A stretch of 32,380 nucleotides of DNA from a virus, in the IMG/VR virus record IMGVR_UViG_3300027956_000006, one strand, 5' to 3'. Position numbers and translations under genes: made by a program. The notes under the pieces were generated by a model. That model saw only the letters and a program-made list of their open reading frames with translations. It was not told the DNA's origin and did no database searches. This document shows, one piece after another, positions 6,068-14,903 of this stretch. Within the stretch, counting starts at the first letter, position 1, and each line of letters starts with the position of its first letter.

Positions 6068-7546
6068 TTATGAACTTAAATGCATTAAAAATATTGTCCC
6101 ATGCCATGTAATAGGTGTATTCGCGCTACCCGTTACTTGTACTTGGATATAACTTGTTGAAGTAGTTAAAGTACAATCCCATGCTGTATTACTTTCAGCT
6201 GTAAAATCATCTTGTACAGCCCCAATTAATTGTGCTGCACCACCCGCATATCTCCTATAGGTAGCACGTCTTACGTATCCAGCACCAGTATTAATTACGC
6301 CTGTTGCTCTGGCTGCTACTTTAGCTTCAACAAAATAAACACTATTATCTTCCATATTAATTGTATGTAAGACAGTTTGTGTCGCATTTGTTGTAGTAAT
6401 TCTATTTTGGTACATTTTATAAGTAGGGTTATCATTAGTTGCTTCTGTTTCTAACCGCAATAATTCACTACCAATAAATTCTTCTTTTACATGTAATCTT
6501 GGTGTAGTAGCTCTTGTTCCAATACCAACCTTACCAGTAATACTTAAAGCTCCAGTTTGAGGGTAGGTACTATCCTTATAATCAGCAGTATACCCATGGT
6601 TATAAATAAAGAAATTTTGTTTATTAGTATTTGAACTTGCAGAAGTAATATAATAATCGCCTTCATATGCTGTTTTACCTTGATTACGTATAGTTAAATA
6701 AACATAATTATTATAGGAACAAAACGCCCATTCTTCGGCAATAATTTCATCACCAGATAAGCTCAATATACTAACAACACTATCTGATGGATAAATATGA
6801 TTAGCGTCAGCAGTAGTAACTGGCGTTGTTGTTGTTTTTAAACGCATCCAATACATATGTTGTGAGTTGACTGGTGTTTTAATCCAACCTGAACCAGATC
6901 CAGCAAGATCCCACGATATTTTTCCATTGCTTACAAAATTAGAGGTTTGGTCTGATAAATTATCAACTGTAGATGTTAACCCAACCCAACCAGCACCTGT
7001 ATGATATATTTGTGGTACAAGTGTATAATTAGAACCACGAGTATCTAAATCAAAAGCTACCCCTACAAATGTGCTGTTATACCCTAGATATAAATAATCT
7101 GTTGTTGCTGCCATTAAATCAAATGTTGTACCAGCGTCAGTTCCAGCCTCTGTTGTATTATCTGTATATGCTCCATTATATAAGAATACTTTATTAAAAG
7201 TTAACGCTGTCTCTGAATCTGCCGAACCACGATTGGTTAATTCTTTGTTATCAAAATAAATTTTATTTTTTGTGCTATAGGTATAATTTGTAGGAGCGTA
7301 CTTCCAAATGCTATAATTATCTTCCGCATAAACATGAGACCATCCAGTATATGTATTGATAGTATTACCTAATCCAATATCGCGTTTAAATTCACGTGGC
7401 ATACCACTACCACTATATAGACTATCAATGTCATTTACATCAAATCTACCTTTAGCAATTAAACCATTAAGTTCTAATACTTGATCGTTTATTTGTTCTA
7501 TTTTAGTAGATGTATTTAAAGCAGAATTAACTTTCTGGATTGTCAT
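6068..7546 (-). CDS. tail fibre / tail-tip accessory protein
   Basis: Thr/Ser/Gly/aromatic-rich beta composition; GKVGIGT..TPRLHV motif typical of tail fibres; last large gene of the tail block. Confidence 0.7.
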   Translation of the reverse strand: MTIQKVNSALNTSTKIEQINDQVLELNGLIAKGRFDVNDIDSLYSGSGMPREFKRDIGLGNTINTYTGWSHVYAEDNYSIWKYAPTNYTYSTKNKIYFDNKELTNRGSADSETALTFNKVFLYNGAYTDNTTEAGTDAGTTFDLMAATTDYLYLGYNSTFVGVAFDLDTRGSNYTLVPQIYHTGAGWVGLTSTVDNLSDQTSNFVSNGKISWDLAGSGSGWIKTPVNSQHMYWMRLKTTTTPVTTADANHIYPSDSVVSILSLSGDEIIAEEWAFCSYNNYVYLTIRNQGKTAYEGDYYITSASSNTNKQNFFIYNHGYTADYKDSTYPQTGALSITGKVGIGTRATTPRLHVKEEFIGSELLRLETEATNDNPTYKMYQNRITTTNATQTVLHTINMEDNSVYFVEAKVAARATGVINTGAGYVRRATYRRYAGGAAQLIGAVQDDFTAESNTAWDCTLTTSTSYIQVQVTGSANTPITWHGTIFLMHLSS

Positions 7547-7706
7547 TCTTCACCTCGTCAATCATTTTTTCAGTCTTTAATTGTTCTTTTTTTAACAAAT
7601 CGTGTAAAAGAGATATTTGCCCTTCTAATTGGTGAAAAATAATTTGTGTATTATGTAACATTTTTTCACGTGCAGTAATTTCTTGTTTTAATTCATCAAT
7701 AGTCAT
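7527..7706 (-). CDS. small coiled-coil protein (59 aa, below ORF-track cutoff), possible fibre chaperone
   Basis: Manual translation MTIDELKQEITAREKMLHNTQIIFHQLEGQISLLHDLLKKEQLKTEKMIDEVKNDNPES; AGGAG RBS; fills the gap between two tail genes. Confidence 0.7.
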   Translation of the reverse strand: MTIDELKQEITAREKMLHNTQIIFHQLEGQISLLHDLLKKEQLKTEKMIDEVKNDNPES

Positions 7707-7720
7707 TTTACTCTCCTATG

Positions 7721-10700
7721 TTAAGCCTCTATATCTAACTTACATTCAATAATACTAGCAATCCGACATCTTGCAGTTGTAGTAAATTTTACTTTTTTCC
7801 ATCCCACCCCACTCACTGACGCTGTTAAATCTATATCTAATTGGTCAACAGTGTATGCTCCAATACTTGCCCCATATCCTGCTCCATTATCAACATAAAC
7901 ATTAATTGTAGGACTATTAGCTTCTTCGTATATTGCAAAAGTAAGATCATGTGCATGTGAAGGTGTAGCATGAGTATGATCTGGTGTAGCATGGGTATGA
8001 TTTGGGGTTGTATGTGTATGGGTAGTACCAAAAGTACTATTACTTGTAATTGTTCCACCACCAGTACATTCAATACTTGAATCACTAGCACGATATACTA
8101 TATTTTCAGATCCTGCAGCTAATCCTATAGGGAAAGTATGATAATGCCCGTTAATAGTATCTGTTAATACAACACCTGCAGTAGCACATACTAATACACC
8201 ACCACTATATCTAACAACATTTCCTATAGCGTTATTATTTACAACTGTTAAAGTATGTGTATGACTATCTGAACTAGATGTTGTTAATGTACAAGCTGAT
8301 AGTGCGGCAGATATTCCTAAAGTGCTCGCGTCAAAATACACACCATAAGCGCTTGTTCCATTAGCTAATGTGATTGTATGAGTATGGTTGCTGCTTGCAT
8401 CAACAGCACCAGAAGTTGACCCTCCACCAGAAACAGTTGTTGACCCTCCACCAGAAACAGTTGTTGACCCTCCACCAGAAGGAACACCAGTAGAGTATGC
8501 TCTAAAACTTAATATTTTAAAAGATAATTTTATGGAGTTTATCGCAACTAATTCTGATACAATTCTAAAAGGTATTTCATAAGGATAAGAAGTATCTAAG
8601 CTATCCTCACCTGTATATACTAATGTGTTACGTAATTGGTTATATTTATCTGCTGTAATAGAATCGGCAGCTAATCTATCTACATCTATGGTTCCTGCAG
8701 TAATATCATCAGCATTTAATGCGCCTCTAATTGTTAATGTACTCCCTGACCATATAATATAGTTATTATTATCTCCTTTAAAAGTGAATTGTCCAGTATT
8801 TGTAATATATACTAACCATTCTGCCCCAGAATAATACCCTAAATAATCACCACCAAAATATAAACCAGCTGTATCTGGAGTACCAATATTATCGCTACCA
8901 GTAATAGTTACCTTACCTTTAATGGTTAACCCATTTGTTGGATCATATTTTAAATATGCGTCAGTAGACCCTATACCTATCCCATATAGATCAGATACAT
9001 ACTCTAGAAACCCATTTAAATTACCAACTCTTAAATGTGTTGTTAGTATTGACCAAGGTTCACCATTATGTGTTACAACACTCATATAAGGGGAGTTAGT
9101 TTCTGACCCACTTAAATATACACCACCTTCTCCAGATTGACCATAATTTACTATAGAAGTACCTTTTTTCCATGCAGGTTTTTCGTTTGTTTGGTATGCA
9201 TTAGCTCTGTCCCTATTAATTTTATATATTGGTGCATTGGTGTTATCTGTTACAATTAACCATTCATCATCAACACCATCTTTTATTCTTAAAATATCAC
9301 CTATCGCAAAAGATGTATCTCCAATAATTTTCATAGTTGGTTGTTCATACACAAGTTTTATAGCATCTGCAATAACATATTCGTCAGCATTATCACTTAA
9401 AGTAATGATAGCTGTGCCACCAGCTTGAAAATTATATATCCCCAAGCTATACCAAGTAGCATGATTTAATTTTTGGTTAACTGATACTATTCCTTTATTA
9501 CCTTCATGAGTAGTAATGGTATATTTTGCATTTGTTGCTCTGTTGCTTGACGCGGTCCATATTGCAAATACTTCATAATTACCAGAAAGAGCAATTACTG
9601 GTAGCCAAGAAAATGTACTTGTTCCAGTACCACTTGTATGAAACTGATAGTTTATACCATAGTATCCAGGCGTAGATGTACTTAATGACCAAGTTCCAAC
9701 AACACTGATATTAGAATCATTATTATCTACAATAATATCACTTGTTGGATTATCTAAATTAGACATATCTGCATCTAATATGTCTGCATCCATGACTAAT
9801 AAGCTACCACCAACCGCAGAAATAGTATCTTTTTCAAAAACAGATGCAGTTAACTTACCACGCATTAATACATTATTAAATTCAGCATCCCCAGAATCTT
9901 GAATTTTAAAACCAGAGCCTAAATTACCTGAAACAAAGTTAGTACTTTGGATACTGTTTTGAGTAATAGATATATTACCTACTCTCGCGCCAGTAGTTGA
10001 AAATTTAGCTAATTCTTCCCCATCTTCATTATAAAAAAATGTTCCATTTCGGTTAAATTTAGCTAAAACATTATTTTCTGCAGATAGAATTTTTATTGAA
10101 GAACTATCTAATTCTAACGATCCTTGAGTATTTGTAATTTTAAGATTTTCAGATAATCTGATATTACCAATTAAATTATCAGCTAAAACTCTTCCAATTA
10201 CATCCCTTAATTTTTCTACAGAAGTATCATCAAACTCTTGTTCTTCTGTATAGACAATATCTTTTGCCGATATAATCCATCCATCATAACCGTCATCTGG
10301 TTTATCATCAACAATAGCAGAGGTGATACCTGGCTGAGGTATAATAATTTTACATATTTCACATTTTGTATCATCATGCGTTTTATTAATTTCAAATGCG
10401 TTATTATATACAACAACAAAAAAAACAGATACAGTATTATCAACTGGTATTTGTAATATTGCATCACTTTCAATAACCCATTTTCTACCATGTGAAGTAC
10501 ATGTCCCAGCTGAAATATTAATCGACATTGACGATGGTGTTGTTGCTGTTACGTCTAATCCAGACATAATATACGGTTTAATTAATTCAGCAAGATCAGA
10601 AGCAATGGTAGTAATGATTTCAGCTAATGCTCTAGAATCAATAGACCCACCAGCACCACTTGGTTGTACAGAATAACGGCTATCTGTTGTTGTAAGAGCT

Positions 10701-10765
10701 ATTCCGGTACGTTTGTTAATTTCTTTAACTACTTGTGGAAATAATGCAGAATATGTTTTTGTCAT
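7721..10765 (-). CDS. central tail fibre / tail-tip protein with inserted Golvesin/Xly-CBD-like domain and His-rich C-terminal region
   Basis: GFKIQDSGDAEFNNV and ITAGTIDVDRL motifs of gpJ-like fibres; Golvesin-like domain IIVDNND..GYYG..NRATNAKY..IADAIKL (~9345-9740); multiple HxH motifs. Confidence 0.75.
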   Translation of the reverse strand: MTKTYSALFPQVVKEINKRTGIALTTTDSRYSVQPSGAGGSIDSRALAEIITTIASDLAELIKPYIMSGLDVTATTPSSMSINISAGTCTSHGRKWVIESDAILQIPVDNTVSVFFVVVYNNAFEINKTHDDTKCEICKIIIPQPGITSAIVDDKPDDGYDGWIISAKDIVYTEEQEFDDTSVEKLRDVIGRVLADNLIGNIRLSENLKITNTQGSLELDSSSIKILSAENNVLAKFNRNGTFFYNEDGEELAKFSTTGARVGNISITQNSIQSTNFVSGNLGSGFKIQDSGDAEFNNVLMRGKLTASVFEKDTISAVGGSLLVMDADILDADMSNLDNPTSDIIVDNNDSNISVVGTWSLSTSTPGYYGINYQFHTSGTGTSTFSWLPVIALSGNYEVFAIWTASSNRATNAKYTITTHEGNKGIVSVNQKLNHATWYSLGIYNFQAGGTAIITLSDNADEYVIADAIKLVYEQPTMKIIGDTSFAIGDILRIKDGVDDEWLIVTDNTNAPIYKINRDRANAYQTNEKPAWKKGTSIVNYGQSGEGGVYLSGSETNSPYMSVVTHNGEPWSILTTHLRVGNLNGFLEYVSDLYGIGIGSTDAYLKYDPTNGLTIKGKVTITGSDNIGTPDTAGLYFGGDYLGYYSGAEWLVYITNTGQFTFKGDNNNYIIWSGSTLTIRGALNADDITAGTIDVDRLAADSITADKYNQLRNTLVYTGEDSLDTSYPYEIPFRIVSELVAINSIKLSFKILSFRAYSTGVPSGGGSTTVSGGGSTTVSGGGSTSGAVDASSNHTHTITLANGTSAYGVYFDASTLGISAALSACTLTTSSSDSHTHTLTVVNNNAIGNVVRYSGGVLVCATAGVVLTDTINGHYHTFPIGLAAGSENIVYRASDSSIECTGGGTITSNSTFGTTHTHTTPNHTHATPDHTHATPSHAHDLTFAIYEEANSPTINVYVDNGAGYGASIGAYTVDQLDIDLTASVSGVGWKKVKFTTTARCRIASIIECKLDIEA
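8415..8480. repeat. 24-bp in-frame tandem repeat (2.75 copies) encoding SGGGSTTV
   Basis: GTTGACCCTCCACCAGAAACAGTT at 8415 and 8439, partial copy at 8463. Confidence 0.9.
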
Positions 10766-10782
10766 TAACGCCTCTTTAAATA

Positions 10783-11265
10783 TTAATGTGCTTCAGTGCA
10801 AACAGTTACAGTATTATCTTCAATGCGATTCCAGAAATGGTCTAAAACATTTAAAATATTTCCTGATATTTTAGTATGATATAATGTGCGTGGTGATACA
10901 GTAAGAGTAACACCACCAAAATCAATACCTCTTAGATCGGCACATGAGAAATTTGTATTAATACATATTGCATGTACAAAATTTGATCCTAATGCATCCA
11001 TATAAGTACAATTCGCATTAGTAAGATTAGCATAACTAAAAGATACATTATGCGCAATTGTATGTGCTAAATTAGCATTTATAATTTTAGTATTTGTTAA
11101 ATTACAACCAGAAATATTTTGTTCATGTACATCGAATTGAGAAATAACAGCATTTGCTAAATCCACATTTTTTAAATCTATTCCTTTAATTAAATCAGAA
11201 ATATCTACTCCAGATTTAATATAATTTATTATTTTATTTTTTAATTCATGTGACATCGGAATCAT
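10783..11265 (-). CDS. pentapeptide-repeat protein
   Basis: Repeating A/C-N/D-L/F-x-x units (VDLAN, CNLTN, ANLAH, ANLTN, TNFSC, ADLRG); GGAG RBS. Confidence 0.85.
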   Translation of the reverse strand: MIPMSHELKNKIINYIKSGVDISDLIKGIDLKNVDLANAVISQFDVHEQNISGCNLTNTKIINANLAHTIAHNVSFSYANLTNANCTYMDALGSNFVHAICINTNFSCADLRGIDFGGVTLTVSPRTLYHTKISGNILNVLDHFWNRIEDNTVTVCTEAH

Positions 11266-11277
11266 TTTTATTTTCTC

Positions 11278-14200
11278 CTATGGATAATATGCTAATGTTA
11301 ATGTTACCCTTTCATTAGTTGCGTTAATGCTCTCAACAAAATACCTACGAGAAATATTGTTGATGGTATCATTAACTAATAATGTTTGTGCAACACGTAC
11401 ATGTGGTGCATATAATGTCACTAAAGTTGCACGTGTGTGATTTTTTAAAAATTCGTTTAAATAATCTTTAGCACGTTTATCAACACGTTCTTGAGTATCC
11501 AAAAATTCATTTAATTTTGTTTCTTTATATAATTTATCCCCTACATACTCTAATAAATTATCATTATCATATGCCAATGTATCAGATTCTAATTGTTGTA
11601 CAACAATTTCTCCAGAAGAATAACTTGTTGCAATTCCAGCGCCAGAACAAGTATTTAAGGTTACACTATTTTTACTACCATAAGTAAACGCAATACTATT
11701 TATATATGCTGTTCCAGAATCATCAAATGTAGCTGTTGATACAACTGGAATATTTTGGGTAGTATTCGCGCCTGAATATAAATCACCCGTCCACGCACTT
11801 GATAATGTTGTTTGTGGTATTAATTTAGCTTCACCAACAAGAACAATATCTTTATACGCAGCAAATTCAACTAATGAAATAACATATACGCCATATTCAC
11901 CATAATCTATTTTATTCATATCCTGGATTAAGAGTCTAAAATATCGTGCTTCAAATGTATCACCTAAGTCACTCCTTTCAAACGATTTAGCCTCGCCACC
12001 AGATAGAGTGAAATTAATTGATTCTTTGCAAACATTGTAATATGTAGCATTATCTAATGAATATTGTAGCGTAAATTTATTTGTAACATCAATTGAACGT
12101 TTTTCATCAGGTTTAAAAAAACCATGCGTCATATCTATGGCTTGTATTGCTTGCACTTGGCCTAGATCTAATATCCAGTATACGAATCCAGCTGGTGGTT
12201 TAGCATAAAAGATAGTTTGTGTATATGTGTCCCACCTGCCATCAATAAAACAACTCGCTGTATCAATTGGAGTAACAATACTATAATATTCAAAATCTGC
12301 GGTAATAACAGATTTTGTAATATTAGCAATTAAATCTCTTGAAATCTTAAAAAGACAATTTTCAAAATCAATTACCAATTTTGATGTAGAATAATTTAAC
12401 CAAAATGATGCTGTTGATAATTGCTCTAAAATAGTATTACGTTGATCACCAGAAGGGCTCCAAGTTCCAGTTTCATAATTCATGCGTGCATCATTTGCAT
12501 CAATAGTAATTAATAATGTTCCATTAGCAGCATAAAAATATATTGGTTTTTCTCTAACAATATTTGTAGCTGGTAAATAAACCTTATAATAAAAGTATGT
12601 ATCTGTTTTTACATACTGTGACAAACAAATACCATGACAACCAGTGCGTGTATATAATGTAGTCGTTACTTCAACAATAACTTGTTGCATAATGATTTCA
12701 TGCACTTTATTATCGATAGGTACTCCATCAATGCGGACAACTGGCTGCATATTTTCTGTTGTAATCCACCCTGCTGCAGGTAGTCCAATACCATATACAC
12801 GATAATTACCTTCTTCATAACCATATGTTAATTCATGGTTATTCGCTCTAGCTGAATATGTTTCACCAGTAGTTAATAAAGTTACATTTTCATCCATACA
12901 AACATTTGTAGGGTTTTGTGCTTTACCTAAAAATTTAGTACGGGTATAGATATCAGTATCTTCTGCATAACTTAAACTTTCTTTTAGATCAATTTCAAAA
13001 TCTTCAACTGATTTTTGTTTTACATATTGTCCCCAAACTTTATCATCTCCGATAGTATTTAAAAGATAATTTGGTGCTAAATATTCACGAATTTTTTTAA
13101 TTGCCTCAAGACGATTTTCAGTTTTTTCATATGTAAAATCTATTTTATTGATTTCTATCCCAGTAGCTTGTAAAGTTTTAAAACTATAATTTACATTACA
13201 TGATACAGAAGTTGTTGTTGAAATGCTTTCGCTTAAAATAATTCTACCGTTTCTTTTATCGAAATAATCAATATTAGAGATATTGAAAGTATTATTGATT
13301 AACTCAATTTCACCAGCTGTGGTTTGTTGTAAAAGTGGGTCTGAGGAACCAGTGATATAAAATCTATAATATAGATACGCAGTATTATTACTAAATGTAA
13401 ATGTTAAAGTTGTTAATTTAGGAGTGCTATTAGTAATAGCGTTTGTTTGTGAATCTAACACAGTCCAATTTGTATTATCATTAGAACCTTGGAATTGCCA
13501 ACTAGTCATAGAACGATGTGGTGTATAATTTCTAGTCGTAACAGTATATCTACTAATTACCTCAGTAGTAGGAAATGCATATTTTAACCATACAGGAGCA
13601 CTTGGGGTAGCACATGTTGGAGCCATCCAAGAATCAGCACCATCATTATTACTATTATTAAAAGATGTCCAGGCGTATCTTCCAGCAAATTCCCCAGAAG
13701 AACTAACGGTTCCGCTTGGTGTAGAATATCCAGTCATATCTGGTGTTGCGTCTAAACCATTATTGGTAACATATAAATCAGTAATTAAATTAGAATATTT
13801 TAAATACCAAACTCTACCTGGAGCTGCTGAAAGATCATATATTACATTTGATCCAATAGGATGAGATTGAATAGCAGTACTTCCAGTAGCTGGTATTCCA
13901 TTTAATGTTGCTGTAGTTTTACTTGACCAGCTAAAGATATCTCCATTAACTTCTCCTATACCAGTAGCAGGAAAACCAGATGTATCTGTTACATATATAA
14001 TACTATCACCAGCTGTACATGCTGTTGTTAGAGTTGTACGTATTGATATAGTTTCGGTAAGATAATTAGGAACTAATGTATCGTACGCCTTATCAGTCAT
14101 ATTATAAAATGTTTCAGTTAGATGATTTGTAGTAACATCCGCAGCAGATGTTTCATTAAATAAATAATTATTGTAACCATCAACTGATGTAATGATAGTT

Positions 14201-14901
14201 TCTATAATATCTTCTGCATATTCACCAATAGGATAGAAGTAATATGAAGGGCAAATAATATCATAATTATAAAGAACATTTAATGCAGACCCTAATACTA
14301 ATTGCCCAGTTTCATAATTAATCTCAAACCCATCACCTGATGCTTGTGGTGTTTCGATTAATGTGTCTTTATTTCTAATAATAATTCCAATTGGTGGAAT
14401 TGGAGCTAAGGCATTATGTGCAAAATTAAATATTGAAGCTAAACTATCATTAGGGGCAGGTAAATATGTTGGGGTTAAAGTCTCATTAGTTACCTGTATT
14501 TTATCAGCTTCTATTTGTGCCTGTATTTCAGTATCTTGTAATCTACACAAAAGATCTAAACATGTTAAAATAATAACATTAGAGTTATATTTGCGTATTA
14601 TTTCCCTCTGACGCACATATCCTGTAAAATTAGTAAATTCATCACTTCCAGTAGCATAAAATCTTTCTTTTAATATTATAGTACTACCTAATCTAATTTC
14701 TGATACACATCCTGGTGAGTAATTTCCAGAATTATTATTAATTTCTATTGTTAATGAAGCAATACCAAATTCATAGGAAAAATTTTGATTGTAATTAATA
14801 ATATTATTATTAATTACGCCATTAATAGTAGTAGTATAAGAACGTACAATATCTTTACGTAAGAGTAGTTGTTGTGCTTTAGTGCTTAATGCTTTTGCCA
14901 T
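11278..14901 (-). CDS. baseplate hub / Tal-like tail protein with F5/8 type C (discoidin) domain insertions
   Basis: N-terminal FTGYVRQR..LTCLD and C-terminal APHVRVAQTL..YFVESI hub-like motifs; discoidin signatures WQFQGSND..WTVLD..YLYYRFYIT (~13290-13750) and ILDLG..LQYSLDN..ARYFRL (~11855-12265). Confidence 0.7.
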   Translation of the reverse strand: MAKALSTKAQQLLLRKDIVRSYTTTINGVINNNIINYNQNFSYEFGIASLTIEINNNSGNYSPGCVSEIRLGSTIILKERFYATGSDEFTNFTGYVRQREIIRKYNSNVIILTCLDLLCRLQDTEIQAQIEADKIQVTNETLTPTYLPAPNDSLASIFNFAHNALAPIPPIGIIIRNKDTLIETPQASGDGFEINYETGQLVLGSALNVLYNYDIICPSYYFYPIGEYAEDIIETIITSVDGYNNYLFNETSAADVTTNHLTETFYNMTDKAYDTLVPNYLTETISIRTTLTTACTAGDSIIYVTDTSGFPATGIGEVNGDIFSWSSKTTATLNGIPATGSTAIQSHPIGSNVIYDLSAAPGRVWYLKYSNLITDLYVTNNGLDATPDMTGYSTPSGTVSSSGEFAGRYAWTSFNNSNNDGADSWMAPTCATPSAPVWLKYAFPTTEVISRYTVTTRNYTPHRSMTSWQFQGSNDNTNWTVLDSQTNAITNSTPKLTTLTFTFSNNTAYLYYRFYITGSSDPLLQQTTAGEIELINNTFNISNIDYFDKRNGRIILSESISTTTSVSCNVNYSFKTLQATGIEINKIDFTYEKTENRLEAIKKIREYLAPNYLLNTIGDDKVWGQYVKQKSVEDFEIDLKESLSYAEDTDIYTRTKFLGKAQNPTNVCMDENVTLLTTGETYSARANNHELTYGYEEGNYRVYGIGLPAAGWITTENMQPVVRIDGVPIDNKVHEIIMQQVIVEVTTTLYTRTGCHGICLSQYVKTDTYFYYKVYLPATNIVREKPIYFYAANGTLLITIDANDARMNYETGTWSPSGDQRNTILEQLSTASFWLNYSTSKLVIDFENCLFKISRDLIANITKSVITADFEYYSIVTPIDTASCFIDGRWDTYTQTIFYAKPPAGFVYWILDLGQVQAIQAIDMTHGFFKPDEKRSIDVTNKFTLQYSLDNATYYNVCKESINFTLSGGEAKSFERSDLGDTFEARYFRLLIQDMNKIDYGEYGVYVISLVEFAAYKDIVLVGEAKLIPQTTLSSAWTGDLYSGANTTQNIPVVSTATFDDSGTAYINSIAFTYGSKNSVTLNTCSGAGIATSYSSGEIVVQQLESDTLAYDNDNLLEYVGDKLYKETKLNEFLDTQERVDKRAKDYLNEFLKNHTRATLVTLYAPHVRVAQTLLVNDTINNISRRYFVESINATNERVTLTLAYYP

Positions 14902-14903
14902 AA

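Noticed and set aside
8415-8480. CRISPR-like array (also considered for 32154-32214 and 24150-24191)
   Set aside because: The repeats are directly adjacent without unique spacers; the coding ones are in-frame multiples of 3.
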